NCBI GenBank assembly: GCA_965261605.1
Contig: OZ253466.1
Coordinates: 2,589,057-2,653,056, forward strand
From: Dehalococcoidia bacterium
Lineage (GTDB): Bacteria > Chloroflexota > Dehalococcoidia > Lucifugimonadales > UBA2985
Direction of reading: 5' to 3'
Length of the DNA stretch: 64,000 bases
Below the pieces are notes generated by a model. That model did not search any database, was not told the DNA's origin, and saw nothing but the letters and a program-made list of their open reading frames with translations. The translations under genes were made by a program, and so were the position numbers. Position 1 is the stretch's first letter. Each line of letters begins with the position of its first letter. This document shows positions 37,669 through 48,440 of the stretch, piece by piece.

Positions 37669-40107
37669 CTAGGAGACTTCCTGTGCCTCCGACCGCTCCG
37701 GCCCCTCACCCTCCTCCATCCGGTAGCCGACGCTCGGCTCGGTGAGGATGTAGGTGGGGCTGCCTGGGTCGTCGCCCAGCTTGCGGCGCAACCTCTTGAC
37801 GATGTTTCTCACCGGCCCGGAGCCTTCACCCTGGTCCGGACCCCAGACCCGTTGCAGCAACTGGTGGTTGGTCAGTACGCGGCCTGCGTTGGCCGAGAGC
37901 TCGACCAGCATCCGGTACTCAATGCCGGTGAGCGCGACGGGGCGTCCGGCCACCGTCACCCTGCGCCGCGCATAGTCGACGGTCAGGTCTCCCCGCACGT
38001 AGGGATCGGAGGGCTGCGCCACCTCCGGCGCCGCACGCTTGCGCAGGGCGGCCCTGATCCTGGCCGCCAGCTCCGTCGGAGAGAAGGGCTTGACCACGTA
38101 GTCGGCCGCTCCCATGTCGAAGGCCCTGGCCACGACCTCGTCCTGGCCGTAGGCTGACAGGAAGATGACCGGCACGTCGGAGACTTTGCGGATCTCCTTC
38201 ATCAGCTCCATGCCGTCGCTGCCCGGCAGCATCAGGTCCAACAGGACTAGGCGGGGCGATTCCTCCGCCATGAGGCGGGAGACCTCCTCCGGGTCTCCGG
38301 TCACGACGGGCGTGTAGCCCGCCTTGGTGAGCGCGTCCCGGACGTGCCGGAGCGTCTGCGGGTCGTCGTCCACGCAGAGAACGCGGGGCCGCTCCATGGC
38401 CTTCGTCTTGCGCCGGCGTGACGGCCGAGCGGCGAGGGTGACGGCCTCCTCCACCGCCGGAACGGTGAAGGTGAACCGGCTTCCCAGGCCCGGCCCGTCG
38501 CTCTCGGCCCGGATGCGGCCTCCGTGGGCCTCCACGATCCCCTTGCAGATGGCCAGGCCCAGGCCCGACCCTCCGATCTCCCGTCCCCGCTCCTCGCCGT
38601 CGAGCCGCGAGAACTTGCGGAACAGGTGCGGCAGCCGCTCGGCGGGCACGCCCACGCCCACGCCCACGCCCACGCCGTCGTCTGCCACCGAGAAGGCGAC
38701 GTGGACGCCATCCCGCACGGCGGCGACCCGGATGGCGGACAGCTCGTTCGAGTGCCTGGCCGCGTTGGACAGCAGGTTGTTCAGCACCTGGACGATGCGC
38801 CGCCGGTCCGCCATGACCCGGGGCAGGTCCGGCGGCAGGTCGATGACGAGGTTGCTCCTTCCGCCCCCGCTCTGGAACCTGCTCCTGGCCTCGTCCACCA
38901 GGGTCGCCACATCGGCGGGTTCGGGCGCGACCGGCAGGGCGCCCGTCTCGATGCGGGCCACGTCCAGCAGGTCGCTTATCAGGTAGCGCATGCTCTCGGA
39001 CTGGTCGCGAATGATCCGGTGGAACTGCGTCATCTCGGCGGGGTCCAGATCCGGCGATGCCTCCAGCAGGGTGTCCGCCGATCCCTTGATGGCGGCCAGA
39101 GGAGTCCTAAGCTCGTGGCTCACCATGCCCAGGAACTCGGCCCGCAGCCGCTCCAGCTCCTCCACCGGCGTCATGTCCTGCATGGTCACGACCACCGACT
39201 CGACCTCCCCCTCCTCGGAGCGGATGGGGGTGGCGTTGACCAGCGTGGTGACGCTCCGCCCGTCGGGGGCCTGGAGGACGATCTCCTCGGCCCGCACCGT
39301 CTCCCCAGTGCTCAGCCCCTGGGCTAGGGGGAACTCCTCCAGGGAGACCTCCCGCCCGTCGGCCCGCCGAAAGGTCAGCACCTCCAGTAGCTGCTCCGCC
39401 GAGCCGCCGGGGGCGCACAGGTCGTTGACGATCCGTCTCGCCTCCCGGTTGACCGACGTCACGCCGCCCGTCTTCGCGTCGAAGACCAGGACGCCCACGG
39501 GAGTGGTGTTCACCAAGGTCTCCAGGTCGGTCCTGGCCCGCCGCTCCTCCCGGTGCCTGCGGGCGTTGGCGATGACCAGCGCCGCCTGGGAGGCGAACAT
39601 CACCAGGGTTTCCTCGTCCTCGGGGGTGAACTCCACCTCTTTCTCGCCGACGTAGAAGGCGCCGACGCACTCTCCCAGGTGGCGTATGGGCGCGGCCAGG
39701 AAGGTCAGAACGGGGCTGACCGCCATGGGGGGGGGGCGGAACTCGGGAAGGCCCAGCGCCCTGGTGTGGCTGTGGAAGTCCTTGAGCCTGAGCGGCTCGG
39801 TAATCCGGCTGAGGTACTCGAAGAAGATCAGCCCTTCGGGCAGCTCCACAAACCGCCGGTGGTCCTCTGAAGTCAGCCCGGAGGTTACGAAGTCCTGTAT
39901 CCGCCCCGACTCATCCAGGAGGGTGATGACACCGTAGCGGGCGCCGGTCAGGGAGCAGGCGGAGTCCAGCGCCCCCTGCAACACCGTCTCGAAGTCCAAG
40001 CTTTCGTTGATGCGCAGGCTGGCCTCGCTCAGCCTGGAGAGGCGGTCGCGAAGGGCCTCGTTCTCCCGCTCCAGCTCCTCGGCGTTCTTCATCCTCTCGA
40101 CCTCCAT
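37669..40107 (-). CDS. Fused sensor/regulator: GAF-PAS-HisKA-HATPase-REC-OmpR wHTH
   Basis: FLGMVSHELRTPL, QVLNNLLSNAA, GSGLGLAICK, LVLLDLMLP, DYVVKPF, C-terminal TYILTEPSVGYR; no TM segments. Confidence 0.92.
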   Translation of the reverse strand: MEVERMKNAEELERENEALRDRLSRLSEASLRINESLDFETVLQGALDSACSLTGARYGVITLLDESGRIQDFVTSGLTSEDHRRFVELPEGLIFFEYLSRITEPLRLKDFHSHTRALGLPEFRPPPMAVSPVLTFLAAPIRHLGECVGAFYVGEKEVEFTPEDEETLVMFASQAALVIANARRHREERRARTDLETLVNTTPVGVLVFDAKTGGVTSVNREARRIVNDLCAPGGSAEQLLEVLTFRRADGREVSLEEFPLAQGLSTGETVRAEEIVLQAPDGRSVTTLVNATPIRSEEGEVESVVVTMQDMTPVEELERLRAEFLGMVSHELRTPLAAIKGSADTLLEASPDLDPAEMTQFHRIIRDQSESMRYLISDLLDVARIETGALPVAPEPADVATLVDEARSRFQSGGGRSNLVIDLPPDLPRVMADRRRIVQVLNNLLSNAARHSNELSAIRVAAVRDGVHVAFSVADDGVGVGVGVGVPAERLPHLFRKFSRLDGEERGREIGGSGLGLAICKGIVEAHGGRIRAESDGPGLGSRFTFTVPAVEEAVTLAARPSRRRKTKAMERPRVLCVDDDPQTLRHVRDALTKAGYTPVVTGDPEEVSRLMAEESPRLVLLDLMLPGSDGMELMKEIRKVSDVPVIFLSAYGQDEVVARAFDMGAADYVVKPFSPTELAARIRAALRKRAAPEVAQPSDPYVRGDLTVDYARRRVTVAGRPVALTGIEYRMLVELSANAGRVLTNHQLLQRVWGPDQGEGSGPVRNIVKRLRRKLGDDPGSPTYILTEPSVGYRMEEGEGPERSEAQEVS
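38647..38676. repeat. (CACGCC)5 hexanucleotide SSR in the kinase G1 box
   Basis: Encodes DD-GVGVGVGVGV-P. Confidence 0.9.
39727..39736. repeat. G10 homopolymer (C10 on the coding strand) in the kinase GAF domain
   Basis: TTC CGC CCC CCC CCC ATG, currently in frame. Confidence 0.9.
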
Positions 40108-40338
40108 TCAAGTATGGACGGCCCGCGATTCCCCTCGTCCTGGGCGTCCTGGTGGCCTCATTATAGCGGCCATGCGGCCATTTACACAACTCAGATTGGT
40201 CCTGAATTGGTACCGCAATGGTCACAATTCTACTGACTTTACACGGCCTTCTCAGTCATAGTCATGGGCAGTGTGCCCCAACTTTCGGCGGGGGAGGTCC
40301 GATTGTCATCACGAGCGCATGTATTTGGGAGGACAGGT

Positions 40339-42502
40339 ATGGAGCGGATGCACAGCATAAATCGGGCCTTGGGCCTGTTGGGGCTTGCCGGCCATATTGG
40401 CGATGCTCTTGGTAGCATGCGGAGGCGAGGAGAAGCCCACCGCGCCGTCGGCCCAGCGACAGCCGGAGGCGACCCCCACTGTTGAGGCGATGATGGAGGA
40501 AGCAACCGCCACGCCGGTTCCGATCCCAACGGCGACGCCCAGACCGACAGCTACACCACGGCCTACCGCCACTCCAACGCCTACACCTATACCCACCGTG
40601 ACTTCTCTGGAAGTTGCGGAGATGACGCCTCTGACGTCCATCGGCGAGAAGGTGCAGCTTCCTGTGACTGCCAACATGTCGGATGGCTCAAGTCAGGTTG
40701 TTGAAAGCGGGCTGGTGCAGTGGCAGTCCTCCGATCCTTGGGTGGCGTCGGTGTCGGAGGGGATAGTCACTGCCGCCGGGGGTGGAAACGCAGTGATTAC
40801 CGCGGCCTACGAGGGGCGAAACGTGGAAGCGCTTGTGTCCGTGCGAATCTCGACGAGGTCCACGGGCACCGTTCGAGTCATTTACGCAATCCCGGCAGAT
40901 CGCGAGTTCCGGACAGACGCCAGCGAGGCAATTGCCCACGCCATTGTGGATCTGCAATCCTGGTACCGCCGAGAACTCGGCGGGCTGACGTTTTCGCTGT
41001 ACGAGGCCACGCCTGAGGAGTGCCGGATGAGCGAGCCGGCGGATTTCTACGGACGCGGCGACGCCTGGGCCAAAGTAATGGAGGGCGTGCAGCACTGCGC
41101 ACCGGTGCAACACGACCACCCGGATTTCGTGTGGGCTGTCTACGTTGATGTGAAAGAATCATGCGATGAGCCCCATGAGTTGGGCAGAGGAGGGGCTGGC
41201 CTCACCATTATGGGGGATGTCGCGAGTGGCTTCGATCCAGGAGAGTTCTACTACTGTGACGAGGGGCCGTATGAGCGAACACTTGGAGGCGTGATTGGCG
41301 GACTCGGGCACGAGCTAGGCCATACGCTGGGACTTCCGCATCCGCCGGGGTGTGACCCATGGGACCCGGCGACATGCGACGACCTGGAATTCCGGTCACT
41401 CATGCACCTCGGGTTCACATCTTACCCAGACACCTATCTGCTTCCCGACGAGAAGGAGGTCCTGATCCGTTCGTCGTTCATCGTGGGAGGACCTGCGCCT
41501 GCGCGCAATGCGTTCGATGCCTCGAACGCATCGAGGGTTCAGGGCGTAGCGATGGGGCTGGATGGCAATCCAGTGGAAGGTCTCCGGGTCTCGCTGGCAG
41601 CCGAAACCTTCTGGAATTGGGGAGAGGCCGGTCAGGACTGGACATTCGAGATTCCTCTGCCCGAAGGCTCGTCAGGCCCAACTATCCTGAGCATCCACGC
41701 GGGCGACGCTGGGGACTGCGGATGGTTGGGGTACTACGGCCCTGGCGGGATCACGACACTGCGCGCACAGGCGACACGAGTCGAGATAGGCGACGGAAAC
41801 GTGGCTGGCATTGAGATACGGCTCCCTGTTAACGCGGACGATCTGTGCCTTGGGCAAAGGAAGGGAACCGGTATAGTGCTGGGTCCGGACGGTAGGCCAG
41901 TCGAAGGAATCTGGTTAGGAGCAGTTGATGGATGGCTCCGGACCGGGGTGGATGGAACTTTTGAATTCTCTGTCCCTGAAGGCTGGGTAGGCTCTTCTAT
42001 CCTGAGCATCCACGCCGACGAAGTTCCAGACTGCGGGATGGTGGGATACTACGGACCCGGGGGGTTCACAACGCGGCTCGAAGATGCATCGCTTGAGATA
42101 GGCGGTATCGGAGCCACGGGCATCGAGATACGGCTGCCGGCCACCCCGGATGATTTATGCAGCAAACAGTACATGGTGAGCGGAGCAGTGCTGGGGCCGG
42201 ACGGCGAACCGGTTGCAGGGATCTGGATCGAGCTAGCAGCCGAAGCATTCTGGAGTTGGGGAGTGACCGGTCAGGATGGAACCTTCGAGATACGCCTGCT
42301 CGATGGCTGGTCCGGCGCGCCCATTCTGAATATTCACGCTGGCGAAGTTGCAGGCTGCGATTTGGTGGGATACTACGGACCCGGCGGGTTCACGTCGCTA
42401 AGCGAAGAAGCGACGCGGGTCGAGGTCGGCGACGCCGATGTGACCGGAATCGAGATAAGGCTTCCGGCCAGCCCGGATGAATTGTGCAACCGGCAAGGGT
42501 AG
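40339..42502 (+). CDS. Lipoprotein metzincin-like metalloprotease with Big_2 domain and three C-terminal repeats (possible +1 frameshift in the signal peptide)
   Basis: HELGHTLGLPH + SLMH Met-turn; lipobox LVAC; RBS-backed ATG at 40339 joins the 40385 frame if one G of 40380-40383 is removed. Confidence 0.82.
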
Positions 42503-42999
42503 ATGGACGCTTGGAGGCAGGGGCTGTCAGGTAAAAGCGCTGCATCATCTACACCGTCAGCCTGAACCTGGGTATGAAGGTTCTTGATTTTGTCCAGTTT
42601 GGTGGGCCAACGTGGATGGTAGGTGGCGCCATCTTCAAGATGTGGTTGGGCGCTCTCTGAGCCCACCGAGGCCCTCGGCCTGGACATTGTGGTGCGCTGG
42701 GGCGGAGGAACGGAATTGTCTGAGGAGCGCCTCGGTATGGTTCATTCAGCTCTGGCGTCTCGCCTGCGAAACCCGTAGCCGGTGCGTGGCTCGTTGGGCC
42801 AGTCCGTCTGGTGCGGCGCTCCCGGTGGTTGATCTCTCAGTTATCCAAGGTGTCGGTTCCTCGACGGTTGTTCGAGGGAGTGTTGGATCGTCTCGGCCGG
42901 TTATCGTCGGCGCCAAGCTGAGGAGAGTACAACCACTGAGCCTGAAAACTGCCTTTAATTGGTCGTTCTGCCTGATCTGTGAAGAGGCTAGAGACCAAG

Positions 43000-43040
43000 G
43001 TATAGGCATATGCCTATACGCAGTGAGGTTCATATGCCCT
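43000..43040. promoter_or_regulatory. Perfect 20-bp palindrome plus second box upstream of the two-component operon
   Basis: GTATAGGCATATGCCTATAC (43000-43019) and GGTTCA-TA-TGCCCT (43027-43040). Confidence 0.75.
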
Positions 43041-43207
43041 TGATGCCTTCCATTCCTTGGGCTACATTCTAGGATATGAATCAATGCTGGACGGGTATTT
43101 CCACCTAGTCGGTTTGACTTCTTTGACCCTTTCCTCTCGAGGCTGAGCCCACCGCCCCGGGTAGAGGGACACATCTCATTCCAGCCGCAATCTGATGGAG
43201 ACGAGTC

Positions 43208-44425
43208 TTGAATCCAGTTAGCACAGCCGCCAGCGCGTTTCCAGCCTTCCTGCGGAGCCTCGACCTGCCGGAGCCGGGCGAATTGCGCCGTGTGGCCAAG
43301 GTCTATGTCTGGGCACGCTGGTTCGTCTGGGCTCTTTCCACGTTCGCCTGGCTGTACCCACCCGACGCCGCCGATGCGGGATATCCGCCGAACGTAGCCC
43401 TTGCAGCGCTGCTGTTCGCCACCAACGGATACCTGCACTACCGGCTCGCCACGGAAAGGACTGTGACCTGGCGGTGGATGCTTGCGCTAAATGCCCTGGA
43501 CCTGGCGATGCTAAGCGCCGGCGTTGTGGCGCACCGCGGGTTCGAGACCCCCTTCTTCGTGGGGTATTACCCATTCCTCGCCATTTTCGCGGTGGTCTTC
43601 GGATCGGTCAGGCTCACTCTCGTCTGGGTTACAATGACGGCAGTCGTCTACGCAGCGCTCTGCCTCGCGGTCGAGCCCGGGTTGGATTTCTCAGTGGACG
43701 ATGAGGAGGTATTGCTCATAAGGGTTGCCGGAATGTACCTGGTGGTGGTGGTCGTCAACCTGATCTCCAGAGTGGAGCGGATCAGGAGGATGGAGGCGGT
43801 GGATGGCATGAGAGAGCTTCAGAGGGAGCGCATCGAGCTCTCTCATGCCATCCACAACACGATGGCCCAGACCGGCTACATGATCGGGCTGGGCATTGAG
43901 AGGGCGAAGGAGCTTGCCGACCGGTCGAACGAGGGCCTGATGTCTACGCTTGAAGAGACCGCAGCCCTGTCTAGGTCGGCGATGTGGGAGCTCAGGCACC
44001 CGATGGAGATCGGGGAGATCTTCGAGGGCATGGAGCTTGGCGGGGCGCTGGAGTCGCTGGTGGCGACCTTCTCGACCATCTCCTCCATTCCTGCCGACCT
44101 GGCGCAGTCGGGCGTCGAACCGCCCCTGCCCACCGCAACGCGGGGCGCGCTGTTCTCCATCGCTTTCAACGCCCTGACCAACGCGCTCCGCCACTCCAAC
44201 GCAAGTCATGTCCGCGTCGGCCTCGACTTCGAGCGCGACGGTCTGCGGATGTCGATTTCCGACGATGGGACCGGTCTCCCTGATGACTACGAATCACGGG
44301 GCCAGGGCTTCAGGAACATGAGGGAGGACGCTGAGCGCATGGGCGGCAGGCTTGTCGTGGAGACGAGCGGGTCCGAATGGAGAACCACGGTGACCTGCGT
44401 GATTCCCTATGAGCGCATGACATGA
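43208..44425 (+). CDS. Membrane sensor histidine kinase (HisKA_3/NarX-like class)
   Basis: 5-6 TM helices; ERIELSHAIHNTMAQ H-box; NALTNALRHS, ISDDGTG, GQGFRNMRE. Confidence 0.9.
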   Translation: MNPVSTAASAFPAFLRSLDLPEPGELRRVAKVYVWARWFVWALSTFAWLYPPDAADAGYPPNVALAALLFATNGYLHYRLATERTVTWRWMLALNALDLAMLSAGVVAHRGFETPFFVGYYPFLAIFAVVFGSVRLTLVWVTMTAVVYAALCLAVEPGLDFSVDDEEVLLIRVAGMYLVVVVVNLISRVERIRRMEAVDGMRELQRERIELSHAIHNTMAQTGYMIGLGIERAKELADRSNEGLMSTLEETAALSRSAMWELRHPMEIGEIFEGMELGGALESLVATFSTISSIPADLAQSGVEPPLPTATRGALFSIAFNALTNALRHSNASHVRVGLDFERDGLRMSISDDGTGLPDDYESRGQGFRNMREDAERMGGRLVVETSGSEWRTTVTCVIPYERMT

Positions 44426-44440
44426 GAGGAGGGAGCTGAA

Positions 44441-45106
44441 ATGCCTTCAACACCGGTCAGAGTCTTGCTGGTGGATGATCACCCGGTCATCCGGGACGGT
44501 CTCCAGCAACTGCTGGAACGAACAGGCGAGTTCGAGGTGGTGGGACACGCAGGCGACGGAGAGGAGGCGGAGCGGATGGCGAAGGACCTTGTCCCTGACC
44601 TCGTCATCATGGACGTGCTGATGCCGGGCAGGGACGGCATAGATGCGTGCCGTGAAATCATGGACGCGCTGCCGGACGTGAGATTGCTCATACTAACCGC
44701 TTCCACTGAAAAGAACGCCGTCATAGAGGCAGTGGCCGCCGGCGCCGACGGATACCTTCAGAAGTTCACCGGGACGGAGCAGCTGTTGGCTACGGTCAGG
44801 GACGTCGCCAAAGGCGAATACCGGATGCCGCGCGACGCCATGAGACGCGTGTTCGGGCGATTGCGCAACGCCCCGAGGCAGAGTGTGCCTTCAAAGCGGC
44901 GCGGGCTCACAGAGCGGGAGCGGGAGATACTCACACAGTTCGCAAAGGGCATGTCGTACTCCGCCATTGCCGAGTCCAGGGGCAACCGGCCTTCGACAAT
45001 CCGCAACACCATCTACAGCATACAGAACAAGCTGGGATTCGAAAGCAAGCAGGAGGTCGTCGTCTGGGCCGTTCAAAACGGACTGCTGGATTTAGATCCG
45101 AATTAG
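44441..45106 (+). CDS. NarL/LuxR-family response regulator
   Basis: VLLVDDHP, IMDVLMP, GYLQK; LTEREREIL..GMSYSAIAE HTH. Confidence 0.95.
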   Translation: MPSTPVRVLLVDDHPVIRDGLQQLLERTGEFEVVGHAGDGEEAERMAKDLVPDLVIMDVLMPGRDGIDACREIMDALPDVRLLILTASTEKNAVIEAVAAGADGYLQKFTGTEQLLATVRDVAKGEYRMPRDAMRRVFGRLRNAPRQSVPSKRRGLTEREREILTQFAKGMSYSAIAESRGNRPSTIRNTIYSIQNKLGFESKQEVVVWAVQNGLLDLDPN

Positions 45107-45121
45107 CCCCCATCTCAGATT

Positions 45122-45700
45122 CGGCCCATGACCATCATGCGTAAGGAACCCCTGTTCCAGCGCTACCCTCAGCCTCTGCCCTCAATCAGGGACTCGGTCA
45201 GGCGCTGGAGGTTGTCATTCAAGCTCAGCTGAATTTCTTCCACACCAATTCCCCCAAAACTCGACAATGCCTCCACCGCCCGCCCGTCGCCGATAGCAGA
45301 CTTACTCCACGTTCAACACACTCCCGGTCCACCTGTTGTCGTTCTGGGTACAGGTCCAGATGGCGATGAATATCACTTGCGCTACGTTTTCCGCCCTCGG
45401 AAAAGCGCCCGTTTCGTGAATACCGCGAGTTACTAAGTCGGTATGACGTTCTACATCGTCAAGCAGCGCGGTACTTAAGAACCGGTCGGTCCCAAAGCTG
45501 TACCCCCGGATGTCCTCTGCCCGTCCTTAGTCATAGAGCCAATACCGGCCAGTTTCCGGCCAGGGCTAGCGCGGCCGCGATATGGGCATAAGCCTCTGTT
45601 GTAGGTTCATTTGCCCACACATGCCCTATGGACACATGCCTAATGCAAATTGGGCGTTTGATCCTTATATCCGGCTTGGAAGCTCACTACGATTTACGTT
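45122..45700 (+). promoter_or_regulatory. Conserved promoter/leader module, copy 2
   Basis: Near-identical to 53024-53455 then homologous to ~53597; boxes at 45583-45596, 45604-45617, 45629-45642; TGACG-N8-CGTCA at 45444-45461. Confidence 0.82.
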
Positions 45701-45807
45701 GGCAAGGGTTGCTCTATGTAGGGAAGGCAAAAGTCAATTTCGACATACAGTCTGTCAATGAGGCACAGAGCCGTTACGAAGCCCTAAGGAGCGTATGCAA
45801 GAGGGGC

Positions 45808-48438
45808 ATGGAATGTCTAAGGGTTTCGTCTGTCCTAGTTGTTGCCTTCATCGTTGTTGCGTTTGTGATGGTTCTCTCGGTCTCGGCGCAGTCGCCCGAC
45901 CCGGAGCCTGTGCCCACGCCGCCGGATGAGGAACGTGACACGCCAGAGCCGACGGCAGAGCCGAAGGATGACGAGGACGACGATGGCGGCAGCCCCCCAC
46001 CAACGGCCACTCCTTACCTATGTATACCCTGGCCCTATTGTAACTGGCGGCCGACAGCTACGCCTGTGCCTACGGCTACGCCAATACCTACAGCTACGGC
46101 CACACCCTACGAAAGTTGCTGGAGGCCCGGCCCACAATGTACCTATCCGACCAACACTCCAGCGCCTACAGCGACGTCGAGTCCGACCTCCACGCCGACC
46201 CCGGAGCCGACGGATACTCCCAGACCTACGAAGCCGCCGCCCACCCAGAGGCCGACTTGTGACAGGTCGGCGGATCCGGTTTGTCCACCGACCGCAACGC
46301 CCATCGAGGACGACCTTCTTACCCCAACTGCCACTACGAGGCCAAGGCCAACAGCTACCGACGGGTACGACCCAACCCCGATACCACCTACACCTATCCC
46401 GCCTACTGCGATACCGCCTACTGCGATACCACCCACGGCAGTCCCACCTACGCCCGTCCCGCCTCCGGGCCCAACACCGCCACCCACGCCGCTAGTCCTG
46501 TCTCGGGTCGACCCGCCTGCGTTCTTAAAGGGGAGTGTGGGTGACAACAATATGCTTGTACGGTGGACTACTCTGCCACTTAATGCGGTGGACTACCAGC
46601 TGCGTTACCGGAAGAAGAACGGGACTTGGACTTGCCCGGACAACCCACAGCCGGGTCAGTCGTGCATATCTGTGAGCGCGGAGGAACGACGGGAACGCCA
46701 AAAGGATATTGAAGATCTGGACAGCGAGGCTACCTACGAGTTCCAGGTGCAGGCAAAAGGAGATGGGACTAGCTTCTCGGCGGAGTGGGGCGCTTGGTCT
46801 GACTCTTTTGAGACGTTCACGGGGCCACCGCCCAGACCTGCCAAACCAGCACTCGGAAGGAAAACGGACAGGAGCGTGACAATATCGTGGCCTCCTGTAG
46901 AAGGCGCAAGCTTCTATGACCCGGACGTGCGTCAAAGTCGGGTTAACTCCTGGTATAGAGATGAGGACGATGTTGACGTAACCGCAAACAATGAAACCCA
47001 TACAGAGTCTGGACTCAGACCCAATACCGAATATGAGTTCAGGGTACGAGCCAAGGGTGATGGGTCCAGGTATACAAAAACCTTTGGAGACTGGAGTAGA
47101 ACGCTGAGGGTTAGAACAATGCCGCCCCTGTCTTCGGCCGATCCACCTGCACTCACGGCGGGTAGCGTGGGGGACCACTCTGTGACGATAACTTGGGATT
47201 CCGACGATGCGTTAGTTTATGACTTGGAGTACGCGGAGTCCTCGGCGGTTTTAGGGAGTTGGACGGACCGGCTTCTTGGAACGTCAAACTCCGGCCAGGC
47301 GCGTTTTAGTAGCTTGGCGGAAGAAACATCCTACCATTTCAGAATTCGAGCGAGAGGGAAAAAGAACTACACTGGCTCGGCCTACTCTACGGAGTGGAGT
47401 CGGTATAGCTCCACCATTTCGGTGTACACCGGCCCACCGCCCGCCCCACGCTCTCCGGTGGTATCGAGCACAACAGAGACAAGTGTTATTATATCGTACG
47501 GCCCAGTGGGCGGTGCCACCTATCAGGTCCAGTATCGCAAGACCACCACTGATGATTCAGGCAGCTGGGACCCGTATGCGCCAGGCGCACCAGTAACGGG
47601 GTCCCTTTTCCAGGTGGACGGACTCGATTCCGGCACGGAATACGATTTTCAGGTGCGAGCCGTGGGCGACGGCTCTTGGTATAAGGCGGAGGCCGGGGAC
47701 TGGAGCGAGCCGTCGCTGGTAGTCAGGACAGCGGGGTTCACGGCGGCGTTTGATGCACCACCGCGAACGGGCCTCTGCGCTCGGCCCCGGAATGCGACCG
47801 TGGTAGGGCCCTGGGAGGAGCACAGGTCGGCCAACGGCACAATGATTCAAGCGAGAGCCGAGATATGGACGAGGCTCGACGCTAATAATAGGTCAGACAC
47901 CTACACCTTCTATTGCGTTCAGACACGATACACAAGCAAGGCTGAGTCCGGCGCGGACGCTCTCACCTGGTCAGGACGCCCGCTCAAGACCGTGGCGTCA
48001 ATATCGCCGTCGGACGTTACTAATCCAGATAACTTGACTCTGGGGGCAATAGACAGGCTGTACGCCTCCGTACCCAAAACAGAGGGAGCGAGGAGGATAG
48101 GCAATACCAAGTCCTACACCTGTCCGTATCCTTGCAAGGGCGGAACGATTCAGCAGACGCCCGAAGAGATGATTCCTCGAAATTACATCAAGACGATCAC
48201 CATCTACGCGGAGGGAACCCACACATTCACCAAAACCGGCGTCAGCCACACTCTCACGAGCGACGCTTCCTGGGTGATGCCGAATCAGGGGATGTATCTG
48301 CTTTACGGAGAGCTGCCCGAAACTCACGGGGCATTGATGATCAGCAGGTACTGGGCGAATATGGCCCTGGAAATTGCCTCAGACGGGATACCCAATGAAA
48401 CGGTGTCAAGAATGGTTGAGCTGCTGAAAGGACGCTAG
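45808..48438 (+). CDS. Secreted protein: Pro/Thr/Cys-rich stalk, four FnIII domains, unknown C-terminal domain
   Basis: Signal peptide ..VLSVSAQS; (PTAIP)n repeats; LxxxTEYEFxVRAxGDG..W motifs; ORF open from 45628 but that part lies in the leader repeat. Confidence 0.82.
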   Translation: MECLRVSSVLVVAFIVVAFVMVLSVSAQSPDPEPVPTPPDEERDTPEPTAEPKDDEDDDGGSPPPTATPYLCIPWPYCNWRPTATPVPTATPIPTATATPYESCWRPGPQCTYPTNTPAPTATSSPTSTPTPEPTDTPRPTKPPPTQRPTCDRSADPVCPPTATPIEDDLLTPTATTRPRPTATDGYDPTPIPPTPIPPTAIPPTAIPPTAVPPTPVPPPGPTPPPTPLVLSRVDPPAFLKGSVGDNNMLVRWTTLPLNAVDYQLRYRKKNGTWTCPDNPQPGQSCISVSAEERRERQKDIEDLDSEATYEFQVQAKGDGTSFSAEWGAWSDSFETFTGPPPRPAKPALGRKTDRSVTISWPPVEGASFYDPDVRQSRVNSWYRDEDDVDVTANNETHTESGLRPNTEYEFRVRAKGDGSRYTKTFGDWSRTLRVRTMPPLSSADPPALTAGSVGDHSVTITWDSDDALVYDLEYAESSAVLGSWTDRLLGTSNSGQARFSSLAEETSYHFRIRARGKKNYTGSAYSTEWSRYSSTISVYTGPPPAPRSPVVSSTTETSVIISYGPVGGATYQVQYRKTTTDDSGSWDPYAPGAPVTGSLFQVDGLDSGTEYDFQVRAVGDGSWYKAEAGDWSEPSLVVRTAGFTAAFDAPPRTGLCARPRNATVVGPWEEHRSANGTMIQARAEIWTRLDANNRSDTYTFYCVQTRYTSKAESGADALTWSGRPLKTVASISPSDVTNPDNLTLGAIDRLYASVPKTEGARRIGNTKSYTCPYPCKGGTIQQTPEEMIPRNYIKTITIYAEGTHTFTKTGVSHTLTSDASWVMPNQGMYLLYGELPETHGALMISRYWANMALEIASDGIPNETVSRMVELLKGR

Positions 48439-48440
48439 AG

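Noticed and set aside
42516-42690. Possible IS-end remnant after the metalloprotease gene
   Set aside because: No partner inverted repeat or recognisable transposase motif
45628-45807. N-terminal extension of the FnIII ORF, and the similar ORF 36796..36996
   Set aside because: Lies within the non-coding promoter repeat; the frame is broken by an indel in copy 3
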